A stretch of DNA of 64,000 bases, taken from Octopus sinensis (lineage: Eukaryota). The translations under genes and the position numbers were made by a program. Positions within the stretch are counted from its first letter, which is position 1. Each line of letters begins with the position of its first letter. The stretch is from contig NC_043014.1 of NCBI RefSeq assembly GCF_006345805.1, positions 40,672,001 through 40,736,000 on the forward strand. The letters run 5' to 3'. A model generated the notes under the pieces. That model was not told the DNA's origin. It did no database searches and worked only from the letters and a program-made list of their open reading frames with translations. This document shows, in pieces, positions 15,913 through 29,699 of this stretch.

Positions 15913-18011
15913 AATTTAACAAAAACACATCAAACAGAAAATTCATAGTTAATTCCTTATCAGTCAACGTCGAAAACATCATTACAATTTCACACCTTTA
16001 ACATTGATATTGTTAACTTTTGGTGGCACCAGTGGAAAAAAATCACCGAGAATAGCTAACAAATGTACAGGATAATGATGAAAACAAACACAATAAAATA
16101 AAATATACATATGCAAAAAAAAGCCATTTGGCCGTAAGACTGATATATGCATGTACATATTAAACATATACATTTATGACCAACCGTTCAAGAATAGAAA
16201 ACAAGAATGATCATGCTAGTAGTTATCCAACAATGAATTTCTTATTTACTGCTCAGCTCTGGCCAATGGTAGTAGTTATTTCACAAGATACTCAGTGGTG
16301 ATAAGGTCTGAATCCATATTGGATCCTACTGTAATAATCTCTTGGCCTTCTTAAAACCATCTCCATAATCAACATGATCAGTACAAAAGAAAATGCAAAA
16401 ACAGTTATAACTGTATGTTAGTTTCGTATTGTAATATGATGTATAATAATGTGTGTTGTGTATGTATAATGAAAAAGAAAAAAAAGGAAAAGGGATAAAA
16501 GAAAAAAGAAAGAGATATATTTATGAAGAATGGCGACAGGGCATCAAACAAGACAACTTGTGAAATTTCATTACATTGCTTTACGTTCTAGTTATGTCTC
16601 TACACAACTTTCTCTCACTCTAGGTTGATACAATAAATGATAATATAAATATCTAAACCTTGAAGGTGGTACTCCAGCATGGGTATAGCTCAATGAGTGA
16701 AAACAGTAAAAGAATAGAGAGCTAAGATTGGAGCTTGGTGCAGCCATCTGGTTCCCCAGCCCTCAGTCAAAATTGTCCAACCCATGCTAGCATGGAAAGC
16801 GGATGTTAAACGATGATGATGATGCTGATGTGTGTGTGTGTGCGCGCTTGTGTGTGTGTGTGTTTATGTATGAATGTGTATATGTATGTATGTATGTATA
16901 AGCATAACACCCTTCATGAATGTAGGAATTACAACCGTGTTTTGTGGTCTGCTATCACAACAGCTCCTTTATAGGATCCAGTTAGCTCAAGACATCATCA
17001 GGAGGAACCACGTCCGGTTTTGGCCCCTACTCCTCTACCGTTTTGACGTGGCGGGGCCCCCTCTTTCGGCGGTGTCTTCAGCTCTGGTGTTGGGTATTTT
17101 AGGTTACTTGTGAATGCTACTGGCTACATGTAAACCCACTACAACCTGTTACATGGGAAAACTGTTGGAGACTAAAAAGGTAACCCTCACCAAAATTCTA
17201 CTGACCCTACATGGCAAGGAGGTTAATTTTTGACACTGCAGAATGAAATACAAACTCTGCTAAATGGTGGAAGAATTTAGGACAATCACCATCCAATTGA
17301 ATTATGCAAATGCATATATATCAGTATTTGCATAATTATGCAAATGTACAGGGAACAAGGTTACTCTTGAGAACTTCAGTGTTTGTAGACAATGGCTAAA
17401 TTTGTTATTTTTTATTTCTCACTAGTTTAATATTTTCAGACATTTAGAAAAAGATACCCATGTTGCAGAAGCATTTGTCACTATAAAATTTGGTGTAGGG
17501 GGATTTTTTTCTGTTTATGTGGCTTTTCTCTTTTTTGTAAGCAAAAGTCAAGGTTCAAACTTTTTGAAACCATAAACAGATAGTGTGACTTTTGTTATAA
17601 TGGTTGTAGTATCGTGTACATCTACAACAATGAAATACCACCACCTGTGAATTTTTAGCATTCTTGAGGGCCCACTGAAGACATATAACAGAACAGGAAC
17701 AGTCATAATCCTTTGTTTCCCCACATAGCAGAATCCACTTTTGAAATGCAGCCACTGTATAAAAGGTAGAGTCCTGATCTTGCTATAGTGGTGTATATGT
17801 TCAATCACTGTGAGGGGCCCATTACAGGAAAGCACAGCATCTTAAGAGAAAAGAAGAGGGAAGCACAAAGAGTTATTATACTTGGTTAAAATGTTGGGTA
17901 GAATACCTTGCTGTATTTGGTCTAACTCTGCATTATGGGTTCAAATCATGTCAAAGTTAGCTTTGTCCTTCATCTGCCTTTGTCCTGCCTAAAATATATA
18001 TATACATAAAT

Positions 18012-18045
<34 letters not shown>

Positions 18046-19058
18046 ATGTATGTATATATATATATATTGTATGTATGTATATATATATAAGTAAATAAAT
18101 TATTTACGTATACTACTCAAATTACTGCACATTAACCTGGAGTTTCTACCTTTAAATAGGTCGCTTGATCTGTGTTACTTGCATGAAATTTGCTACCCTG
18201 GTAACTGTTTATTGAATTTTCCATGTTAACGGTAAACAAAGGATAATTCATTCATCCATTTATATATATATATATATATATATAAATGGATGAATGAATT
18301 ATATATATACAGTGTATATATGTTTGTATGTTTGTGTGTCTATGTGTGTGCATATATGTGTGCATGTATATATATATATTTGTGTGTGTATGTATATTCA
18401 TATATCATAAGGGGCAAAAAGATCCTTTGCCCTAATCCAAACAGTTTCTGTTGTCAATTGTGCTGACATCTTATACAAATAAATAAATAAGAATAACCAA
18501 AAGATATTCCAAATTTTTCCTAAGAAGACAATCATATATTCTGCCATTGGGTTAGCTCCTTCGAAATACTGGATAGCATCATAGAGACTAGAAGTTAGTG
18601 TTTAAAAATATTCTTGACTAAAAATCTCATTTCTTATTGGGCTGCTGTAAATATAATAGTAAAAAAAAAAAAAAAACCGATATATTCCAATATTATTGAA
18701 CAAATATCAAGACAATTGCATCAGTAAAACTGGTTTCAGTAGCAGATAAAAAAACAACAACAAAAACAAACAAAAAACACAAGAATAAATTAGCCTCATA
18801 TTTAGAGTGACCTCATAAATAAGGTATTGAACCATGCTTTCTAAGGGAAACATAATAATGTATATTCAACCCTTTTATAGATTATTATATTGCACATAAG
18901 AATATGATAAATAAACTAATGAAATTAAATTAGGAAATAACGCTCTGGTTACTTTTGTAATCAACTAGACTGCCATCCCTTAAATTACAGGATTTGTGCC
19001 AAAATTTGAAACACTTTATATTATTTTCCTTACTACTACTATTATTATTATTATTATT

Positions 19059-19126
19059 ACTGAGTGAGAGAGCAGTGCACGCCATCAAAGTGACACTGGG
19101 GTAAAATATTATTATTATTATTATTA

Positions 19127-19157
<31 letters not shown>

Positions 19158-19204
19158 CTGAGTGAGAGAGCAGTGCACGCCATCAAAGTGACACTGGGGT
19201 AAAA

Positions 19205-19246
<42 letters not shown>

Positions 19247-19295
19247 CACTGAGTGAGAGAGCAGTGCACGCCATCAAAGTGACACTGGGGTAAAA

Positions 19296-19297
<2 letters not shown>
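19059..19297. repeat. Three identical 50-bp units separated by (TAT)n
   Basis: ACTGAGTGAGAGAGCAGTGCACGCCATCAAAGTGACACTGGGGTAAAATA x3. Confidence 0.96.
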
Positions 19298-19339
<42 letters not shown>

Positions 19340-19744
19340 GTAGTAGTATTTTGCAGATCAACTAGGAAAAAGAACCAAACTTGGAAACTCTAGATCTGAA
19401 TAAAACATTAGGGAAGCAATCATTAGCTGGAATAACTGTTGTGTGAAGATGATGTGTGTTACCCTAATGGGAACCGTTAGCTGATTCTAGTATTATTAGA
19501 GCACACATATATATGCCTTGATTTGCCAACAAGAATTGTTTATAGTAAGGATATATATGCTCAATACATATTTAAATGTTATAAATTAATGTATTTGAAT
19601 ATTATAATAAACATCTAATTTCACTTTGTTTAGCCCAAAATTTCACCAATCCTACACCAGTATATGTACAACACGAGTTGTTCATTTGTAACCATGAACT
19701 GCAAACTGCAAGTAGAAAGACAAATAAACATATTAGTAGTAGAT

Positions 19745-20090
19745 GCGGGAGTGGCTGTGTGGTAAGTAGCTTGCTTACCAACCACATGGTTCTGGGTTCA
19801 GTCCCACTGTGTGGCACATTCAGCAAGTGACTTCTACTATAGCCTTGGGCCAACCAAATCCTTGTGAGTGGATTTGGTAGACGGAAACTGAAAGAAGCCC
19901 GTCGTATATATGTATATGTATATATATATGTGTGTTTGTGTGCCTGTATTTGACACCCAATGCTGGTGTGTTTACGTCCTTGTAACTTAGCGGTTCGGCA
20001 AAAAGACCAATAGAATAAGTCCTGGGGTTGATTTGCTCGACTAAAGGCGGTGCTCCAGCATGGCCACAGTCAAATGACTGAAACAGTTAA
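19745..20090 (+). mobile_element. SINE family 1 copy
   Basis: Same sequence as the other copies. Confidence 0.9.
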
Positions 20091-21089
20091 AAAAACAGAA
20101 AATGTCTTAAACTCTGAGTTACAGATTATATTTCATACATACAAACTTAACAAGAGACTGAAAATGGTCAGTATAAGCATGATTCAAATTTTTAATGAGC
20201 TGTATATATTGTTACCTATGATATGAGTTGAAGATAAACATACAATAAAATCTCTGCCTAAAACATGTTATATTTAACAAGTTCAGCAACACACACCTCT
20301 TTGGTTTTCTTATTCCCAAAGGACCAACAAAACTTCTACATTTATTTACTAGAATTTGTATGCATTAATCTCTTATACAGCTGTGACATTGATTTGTTTT
20401 CACATGATAGTATCATGTTTAGATAAAACATCTAAAATACTTAAACAATTATTACTGTTATCTTATAGTTGCAAACCATTTAGAAATACTCATCTTAGGT
20501 CAATGAACCCTGCAGCTGCAATACTGAACAGCTAACATTTATCTTCCTTGAAGTCAACACTACAATAGGTGAGAGCAATAGGTGAAAAGTGTTTGTTTCA
20601 TTATCTTCCACATCATGTGCTTGAATGCAATTTGTGGTGTTGTGATAGATGAGAAAAATCAACAAATAAATCCTTACCCCTTTTACATATATTCTACCTA
20701 CTAGTGAACAATGTGTAACACAAGTTAGTGAAATAAAACTAATTATATAAATTGGTGAATATAAAATGGAAATTAGAAGAAAATTTAAGAAACGAATGAA
20801 ACAAATTTTTAGAATTTAAGAAACAAATGCTTTATTATAAGCTTTGATGCGTAATTGATATAAACTTTATACCAGGAATTTAATTTTGCACTTGTTATAG
20901 GTTTGATAGTGGCTTTCAAGTCTTAGCAAAAAAATCCATTTAATCCAAGAAATCCCATGGTAAATGCTGCCTGAAGAGAATAAAAATTGAAGTCAGTAAA
21001 CCAGTAAATCATCTTGATAATAATTTCTTTCCAGTTCAATAGCTTAAAAAAATGTAAAAACGGTATTTTTATAGTCTGAGATCTGTGAG

Positions 21090-21137
<48 letters not shown>

Positions 21138-21574
21138 GTAAATATATATACATGCATATATATAATGTGCGTATTATTATTTAGATATATGTGTGGATAT
21201 GTGTGTATATATATATATATAAATATATATGTATGTGTGTATGTAGTAACAAAGTAAATGAACCTTGAATGTCATTTTTGCACGAGAGGAAAATGATATG
21301 ATATGGGAGTTTGGCAGAAAGCAATATTAATACTTGTGTGAGTAATTTCATTAACACCTACACAAAATCATCAAGAATCAAAAATAGTTCACGAAGATCG
21401 ATTAGAGAACCATTACTGACTGGTTAAAAGCTGAACACAGCACACATTATACATTTATTATACATGCATACACACACACACACACACACATATACGTATC
21501 ATACATGTATACATATATGTATCCATAGATACATCCATACACATACACACAGCACTCATAAATATGTGTGTGTG

Positions 21575-21617
<43 letters not shown>

Positions 21618-22812
21618 GCATTCACATACACTGTGAGGCTCTTATTACTGTTTTGCATTGAAATGATTAGGATTAATTAGAAAAGCTATTCTAAAATCTT
21701 TTGTAATGTTTATTTTCTCTGGCAGTTGAGGAAGCACTGTTGAATGTTAGAAGAGAAAGAAGCTAGGCTAGCAGGGTAAGACGAATAGAGAGAGAAAGAG
21801 ACAGAGAAGGGGAGAGGAAGAAGAGAGTGAGAGAGAGAGAGTGAGAGAGAGAGAGAGAGAGAGAATATGTGTATGAGTGAACCTCATGGAGAAGAGGAAC
21901 AAACATTAGTTAAACTGCCTCCTGTCATTTCTTCACTGTTAGCAGTCATTGAAAACGACTACAGTTTATTGATATACTATCAGTCAATTAAAAAAAAAAA
22001 ATATATATATATATACAAAAAAAAAATCAAATCAAATCACTGCTTTTTCGTTTCTTTTCTCTGTCATCCTCCCTTCTATGTCTTTTTCTTATTTCTTCAG
22101 TAAATTTATCAGACAATCGTCTTAATTCTGAATATCACTGCATGAGAATTTTTCTTCATCTGCAAGTGAATAATGAATAAATATCAATAACAGTAGTGAT
22201 TTCTTTTGACTAGACACAGTGCCAGTTTTTTGATGGAGATGTGCACGGATATTAAATTTATGCCATTATATAACTGGTATTTAATTATCCTTATTGAAGA
22301 ATGAAAGACGAATTTGACCTCACTAGGATTTGATCTCGGGACATAAAGGGATGGAACTAAATTCTGTAAGGCGTTTAGTTTAGTTCGGTGCTTTGTATGA
22401 AATTTAATCAAATGTAATTTAGGAGTAGAATGAGGGGGGGCTGAGGAAAAGGGTGAGGAGAGATGAAATTTTGAAAGGTAAAATTACCCTGTATTTTTTT
22501 TTGTGAAATGTTAAGCTTTGGAAGAACTCCGGAGATGATTTGGAGTATAACTTTGGATGATTCATAAAAAAAAGAAAAGAAATATAAAAAAAAAAAGGGA
22601 AAAATTTATTTTCTTCCTTTTGCAAGGTCACCTTCCTGGAGAGAGCTCTCAGGAAAGAGAGGTAAAGATGGATAAATGTATGTATGCAAGTATATAGTAG
22701 CGTCAATAATTACAATACATAGAAATAATAGCAAAATATAGAGTGGACAAAGAGGGTAGGGGGGAGCGAGAGAGAATGAAATGCAATTGGAGCCGGCATT
22801 TAGCAGAATTTA

Positions 22813-23060
22813 CCTGTAACTCCTAAGTGTGCACTGGCGTCTAAAATAGATGGCAATTTAAAAATGAATTAAAACACACGACTGAGTAAAAAGCAACTTA
22901 CAAAGCCATAGTGATATTGATGCAGATGTGACGAGAAAGCAGAGTTTTGCAGTGGTTGGAAGAACTGGTGATTCTAGGTATTTCAATGAAAATAGCTAGA
23001 TGTTTGTTGAAATACTGGTCTAATATTGAGCTGCAGGCCAGATACCAGGTCACATGACAT
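22813..23060 (-). promoter_or_regulatory. Candidate promoter / non-coding first exon region of the KIAA0513-like gene
   Basis: Non-repetitive segment with minus-strand donor-like sites (TTT|GTAAGT at 22901; CAG|GTAAAT at 22813), an E-box palindrome GTCACATGAC at 23049-23058 and an adjacent (CAG/CAA)n tract. No transcript evidence. Confidence 0.25.
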
Positions 23061-23987
23061 TCGATCAATATGATGTAGTAAAAAAAAAGTAACAGCAGCA
23101 ATGACAGAGCAATAATATTAGAAGAAGTAGTAGCAACAACAGCAGCAGTATCAGCAGCAGCAGTAGTAACAACAGCAGTATCAGCAGCAGCAGCAGCAGC
23201 AGCTGCAACAGTAGTAGCTGTAATCTTATTGTGCTACAAATTTCAATCGTTCACACTATTTATGTGATATGAGAAAATGCAGTAGGCGGCCAAGTATTGG
23301 ATCACAATTTATTGGGATTAAGTCAGAGTGGATAAGTATCATCAGTTAATGTACACTATCTATAATGATTGATTAATCATTCCAGCCACCCAAAAGCAAT
23401 ATTTCCATTTCATTCCAGATGTTTTACTCTTTATTTAAAAAAAAAAAATATATATATAAGTCGTTTAAATGTTAATTAGGAATATTTCAGCCATTTTCGT
23501 AAAATGACAATTTAAATGAGTGAATATATTATCACTGAACATTGAGGATTTCCTTCAAGACTACTTATGTTATTATTAGTTGATATAACAAATAAAAGTA
23601 ATTAATTTATTGATAACTGTTTTTAACCCAGCCCACCCAGATGAGGTTTAAATAAAGAATAGTGATGTACTAAGATAAGACCGTATAACTCAGGTGACTC
23701 TCACTGCTTTCGCATAGTCTCCAGTCAAGTCTAAGAATATTAACAACGGATATTAATAAGAGAAAAATGTATTTAACACTAGATAAGATAAAGAAAAAAA
23801 AAATGCTGATGGTCTGCAAAAAAAAAATGTGTTGTGGGAAACAAACAGTAATGAGATATTTCAGGTTTTGCAAAAAAAAACCCATAATAATAATAATAAT
23901 AATAATAATAATATAATAATAATAATAATAATAATAACAAATAAATAAATAAACCCCTCAAAACTTCTGATATTTCATGATAAACAG

Positions 23988-24200
23988 TTTACTCTTTTAC
24001 TCTCTTTTACTTGTTTCAGTCATTTGACTGCGGCCATGCTGGAGCACCGCCTTTAATCGAGCAACTTGACCCCGGGACTTATTCTTTTGTAAGCCCAGTA
24101 CTTATTCTATCGGTCTCTTTTGCCGAACCGCTAAGTAACGGGGACATAAACACATCAGCATCAGTTGTCAAGCAATGCTAGGGGGACAAACACACTCACA

Positions 24201-24266
<66 letters not shown>

Positions 24267-24432
24267 TACGACAGGCTTCTTTCAGTTTCTGTCTACCAAA
24301 TCCACTCACAAGGCTTTGGTCAGCCCGAGGCTATTGTAGAAGACACTTGCCCAAAGTGCCACACAGTGGGACTGAACCCGGAACCATGTGGTTGGTAAAC
24401 AAGCTACTTACCACACAGCCACTCCTGCGCCT
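23988..24432 (-). mobile_element. SINE family 1 copy
   Basis: Same sequence as the other copies. Confidence 0.9.
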
Positions 24433-25154
24433 AGTTTATTGAAATCTAACTAGAAAATACTTCTTAAATCATACACACAGACACACCCATCACATTTTTT
24501 AAATTTTACAAATGAGATGTACATGATGTACAGTATATTTACTTGCAGAAAGATGGTGCACCTTGTTTAGTTTGTCATATGAAAGATTATATCAATCAAG
24601 AAACTCAGAGTAGTAATGACCGGAATCATCATGATCATCATCATAATGATCATCATTGCTTTAACATCTACTTTTCTGCACTTGCATGTGTCGGGCAGAG
24701 TTTACTGAAGGAGCTTTTCTATGGCTGGGTACACTCCCAGTTACCAACTGTTTTCAAGCAAGGTAATATTTACCCATAGCTAGACATGTCTCCCCCAGAA
24801 ACACTGGAAAAGAATGACACTGCTTGTGTGACAGTGACACTCATTTACAGCTATTACATACTCCAGGAGATGTAGATGTACTCGCACATATACATACACA
24901 TATAGACATAAAAATACATACACGTATACATATAATATATATATATGTATGTATGTGTGTGTGTGTGTGTGTGTGGTGTGTGTGTGTGCGTGTGTTGTGT
25001 GTGTACAATGGCTTTCTTTCAACTTCTGTCAACCAATTCTAGTAACAAGACTTTGGTTGGCCTGAGGCCACAGAAGAAGACACTTGCCCATGGTGCCATG
25101 CAGTGGGACTGAACTTGAGGCCATACAGTTGGGAAGTAAATATATTAAATACAT

Positions 25155-25580
25155 AGGCATAGGAGTGGTTGAGTGGTAAGTAGCTTGCTTACCAACCACA
25201 TGTTTCCGGGTTCAGTCCCACTGTGTGGCACCTTGGGCAAGTGTCTTCTACTATAGCCTCAGGCCGACAAAGCCTTGTGAGTGGATTTGGTAGATGGAAA
25301 CTGAAAGAAGCCCATCGTATATATGTATATATATATGGATATATGTATGTGTGTGTGTATATGTTTGTGTGTCTGTGTTTGTCCCCCCAGATCGCTTGTC
25401 CCCTCAACATGCTGGTGTGTTTACACCCCCGTAACTTAGCAGTTCGGCAAAAGACACCGATAGAATAAGTACTAAGGCTTCCAAAGAATAAGTCCTGGGG
25501 TCGATTTGCTCGACTAAAGGTGGTGCTCCAGCATGGCCACGGTCAAATGACTGAAACAAGTAGAAGAGTAAAAGAGTAGA
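25155..25580 (+). mobile_element. SINE family 1 copy, back-to-back with a diverged partial copy at ~25010-25140 (-)
   Basis: Same sequence as the other copies. Confidence 0.9.
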
Positions 25581-25599
25581 ATATGCCCCCCACCACCCC

Positions 25600-28310
25600 A
25601 CACAAAGGGTCTTTGGGCTAAATTTGATGACATTTTATGTCTCCTTTATTTCAGGAACAGCTTTTATGTATTGGTCAACAGTCGCTGGCGTTGGAGAGCA
25701 TACAAATTGAAGCTGTAGTAGAAAAAGAGTTAACTGATATGGAGGACTAGATGCCATCTGAATACTGGAAATGAGTGACCTATGTCATGAAGATTCACAT
25801 TGGGTATCAAAATGCTGACATCATGATTGCAGCTCAATGCTCTGTGAATGCTGTAAAGGCCTGTAAGACATGACATAGACATCATGAAAAACCATGTTCC
25901 TCAAAACTGTGATGGTCTTTGGATTTGTCTCCAGTGAGGGTCATGTCATAGTATCCCATATCTTTGAACAGAGGCATAGGAAGGCTATGGGAAGCTGCTA
26001 GAAACTGTGGTCAAACCCTGGCTAGAGAGGATTGCTATGGAAGGCTGCTGGAAACTGTGATCAGACCCTGGCTAGAGAGGATTGTTATGAAATCTGCTGG
26101 AAACTGTGGTCAAACCCTGGCTAGAAAGGATTGCTATGGAAGCTGCTGGAAACTGTGATCAAACCCTGGCTAGAGACGATTGCTATGAAATCTGCTGAAA
26201 ACTGTGGTCAAACCCTGGCTAGAGAGGATTGCTATGAAATCTGCTGGAAACTGTGATCAGACCCTGGCTAGAGAGGATTGGTATGGGAAGCTGCTGGAAA
26301 CTGTGATCAGACCCTGGCTAGAGAGGATTGCTATGAAATCTGCTGGAAACTGTGATCAGACCCTGGCTAGAGAGGATTGGTATGGGAAGCTGCTGGAAAC
26401 TGTGATCAGACCCTGGCTAGAGAGGATTGCTATGAAATCTGCTGGAAACTGTGATCAGACCCTGGCTAGAAAGGATTGGTATGGGAAGCTGCTGGAAACT
26501 GTGATCAGACCCTGGCTAGAGAGGATTGCTATGAAATCTGCTGGAAACTGTGGTCAAACCCTGGCTAGAAAGGATTGCTATGGAAGGCTGCTGGAAACTG
26601 TGATCAGATCCTGGCTAGAGAGGATTGCTATGGGAAGCTGCTGGAAACAGTGATCAGACCCTGGCTAGAGAGGATTGCTATGAAATATGCTGGAAACTGT
26701 GATCAGACCCTGGCTAGAGAGGATTGCTATGGGAAACTGCTGGAAACTGTGGTCAAACCCTGGCTAGAGAGGATTGCTATGGAAGGCTGCTGGAAACTGT
26801 GATCAGACCCTAGCTAGAGAGGATTGCTTTGAAATCTGCTGGAAACTGTGATCAGACCCTGGCTAGAGAGGATTGCTATGGGAAGCTGCTGGAAACTGTG
26901 ATCAGACCCTGGCTAGAGAGGATTGCTATGAAATCTGCTGGAAACTGTGATCAGACCCTGGCTAGAAAGGATTGGTATGGGAAGCTGCTGGAAACTGTGA
27001 TCAGACCCTGGCTAGAGAGGATTGCTATGAAATCTGCTGGAAACTGTGGTAAAACCCTGGCTAGAAAGGATTGCTATGGAAGGCTGCTGGAAACTGTGAT
27101 CAGACCCTGGCTAGAGAGGATTGCTATGGGAAGCTGCTGGAAACAGTGATCAGACCCTGGCTAGAGAGGATTGCTATGAAATCTGCTGGAAACTGTGATC
27201 AGACCCTGGCTAGAGAGGATTGCTATGGGAAACTGCTGGAAACTGTGGTCAAACCCTGGCTAGAGAGGATTGCTATGGAAGGCTGCTGGAAACTGTGATC
27301 AGACCCTAGCTAGAGAGGATTGCTATGAAATCTGCTGGAAACTGTGATCAGACCCTGGCTAGAGAGGATTGCTATGGGAAGCTGCTGGAAACTGATCAGA
27401 CCCTGGCTAGAGAGGATTGCTATGAAATCTGCTGGAAACTGTGATCAGACCCTGGCTAGAGAGGATTGCTTTGAAATCTGCTGGAAACTGTGATCAGACC
27501 CTGGCTTGAGAGGATTGCTATGGGAAGCTGCTGGAAACTGTGATCAGACCCTGGCTAGAGAGGATTGCTATGAAATCTGCTGGACACTGTGATCAGACCC
27601 TGGCTAGAGAGGATTGCTATGAAATCTGCTGGAAACTGTGGTCAAACCCTGGGTAGAAAGGATTGCTATGGGAAGCTGCTGAAAACTGTGATCAGACCCT
27701 GGCTAGAGAGGATTGCTATGGAAGGCTGCTGGAAACTGTGTCAAACCCTGGCTAGAAAGGATTGCTATGGGAGGCTGCTGGAAACTGTGATCAGACCCTG
27801 GCTAGAGAGGATTGCTATGAAATCTGCTGGAAACTGTGGTCAAACCCTGGTTAGAGAGGATTGGTATGGGAAGCTGCTGGAAACTGTGGTCAAACCCTGG
27901 CTAGAGAGGATTGCTATGGAAGGCTGCTGGAAACTGTGGTCAAACCCTGGTTAGAGAGGATTGCTATGGGAAGCTGCTGGAAACTGTGGTCAAACCCTGG
28001 CTAGAGAGGATTGCTATGGGAAGCTGCTGGAAACTGTGATCAGACACTGGCTAGAGAGGATTGCTAGTGGATGGCCATATGTGTGGCAGCACATAGCTTG
28101 CTATACCTCCAGAAAGTGTCAGAAGTAGTTGTTGAAGAATTGCTACGACTTCACCAGCCCTAATTTCTGGTCCCCTAATTTCCTTCATTGTAATCCTATG
28201 GATTACTATGTGTGGGGTGCATTTAAGCAGGACACCTACTGCTCTGCCTACAACAATAAGACCAAAATTGAGGAAGTGCTTGGAGATCTTCAGAAGAACA
28301 CAGGTTTTAG
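25600..28310 (+). mobile_element. Degenerate Tc1/mariner transposon, maT/DD37D-like, with internal satellite
   Basis: MPSEYWK N-terminus (25751), VMVFGFVSSEGHV before the array, GWPYVWQ...YDFTSPNFWSPN...CNPMDYYVWG after it. Confidence 0.8.
25985..28065 (+). repeat. Minisatellite, ~42 units of 49/50 bp, derived from transposase coding sequence
   Basis: Unit G(G)GAA(GC/AT)TGCTGGAAACTGTG(A/G)TCA(G/A)ACCCTGGCTAGAGAGGATTGCTAT; 99-bp dimer; ~496-bp higher-order repeat. Confidence 0.97.
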
Positions 28311-29227
28311 AATACCTTTACTTTTGGATGGGATATTACGTTTTTTCTCCTCTTGTATATCTTCTTGAAAACCTAGTAACTTCTATGCTGGAGTGAGACA
28401 GCATGTTCTTTGTCTATCTCCTTAATGTCCACATTTCCATATTTGCACAGGCTGAGATAGATTTTTTACATCTGGATGCTCTCCCTTTTTCCAATCTTCA
28501 CCTTTCCAAGTAAGATAATATTTCCTCATGACAGATATGCCTTGCAAAATTGGAAACAAAGGAAGGTGACACTTGCTAACAACTATCATATGATGTCAAG
28601 AAAGAGAGACAATCTTACAGACCAGCACAGACAAAGCTTTGGTTGGCTCATGGCTATTGTAGAAGATGCCTGCCCTAGGTGTCATGCAGTAGGACTCTAC
28701 TTGAATCTAACTAAGCAGTTAGAATGTGAGCATTGAATGTCTTACCACACAACTATGTCTATACTTGTGTGTGTGTGTGTGGTGTTTGTGTGTGTGCGTG
28801 TGTGTGTGTTTGTGTGTGTGTATATATATATATATGTAAGACTAAGAATAGCATTGTAATTTGCTTGAAGCATTGTATTACAAAAGTAAAATAACAAATA
28901 ATGAAGGATAGCTTCATCATTTGGAGAGCTTCTAATAAAGAATAAAGGGAAATTTGAGTAACCTTTGTATTTTTCAGGCACAAAGGCCCATCATCGGAAG
29001 TGAATGGTTTAAACATGTGAGAGTTTATGTAAATCCTGCCATTCTGATTGTCAAACAAACTGTGACCCCGCTTTGCCCAGCAAACGTGATAGAAGCAGAA
29101 GTTTCCCCCAAATGGTGTTGTTATTAGCTGTAGAGGTCATAGTGTGGCTGGTGGTGTATGGCTAGACATAGGCTGTCAACAGTGGCAGTGGTAAAGAAAT
29201 CTGTGTACATTGGTACAGGTGGCAATG

Positions 29228-29528
29228 TTTGTTCCTTCTCGAGCCATGTCTGGCTCATAAGAGCCGGTTTCCCGGTTTCCTTGGCGTATAGGTTCCCAAC
29301 CCGGACGGGACGCCGGTCCATCGCAGGTGAGCTGCAAGATGCAGGAGGAAAGAGTGAGAGAAGGTTGTGGTGAAAGAGTCAGCAGAAGTTCGCCATTACC
29401 TTCTGCCGGAGCCGCGTGGAGCTTAGGTGTTTTGCTCATAAACACACACATTGCCCGGTATGAGATTCGAATGTGTGATCTCTCGACCGCAAGTCCGCTG
29501 ATCTAACCACTAGGCCATGTGCCTCCAC
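29228..29528 (-). mobile_element. tRNA-derived SINE family 2 with a perfect 13-bp TSD
   Basis: A box TGGCCTAGTGG, B-box-like GCATTCGAATC; TSD ACAGGTGGCAATG at 29215-29227 and 29529-29541. Confidence 0.92.
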
Positions 29529-29699
29529 ACAGGTGGCAATGGTGGTATATGTCATGGTATTAGCTAGTGATGACATTTCTGGTACAAGTCCTGCTAGTAT
29601 TCAGTGATAAGGTACTAGCAGGTAACAGTATCAATCATTGTTGTAGTGGTGATGATGCTGGTTGTGGCAACAGTGAATTTGGTGACAATTTATAGGTGC

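Noticed and set aside
17548-17835. Cys-rich short ORFs upstream of the gene
   Set aside because: No recognisable zinc-finger spacing or splice phase linking them to the gene, whose ATG is preceded by an in-frame stop.
21726-21775. Plus-strand AG...GTAAG exon-like 50-mer
   Set aside because: No partner exons, stops in the plausible frames and no homology; could be non-coding but unsupported.
25985-28065. CRISPR-like appearance of this array and of 19059-19297
   Set aside because: Eukaryotic context, no unique spacers, no cas genes; monomers are head-to-tail or separated by microsatellite.
29440-29528. tRNA-like A/B boxes (also 42627, 47570, 51680)
   Set aside because: These are heads of multi-copy SINEs with TSDs, not complete cloverleaf tRNA genes.
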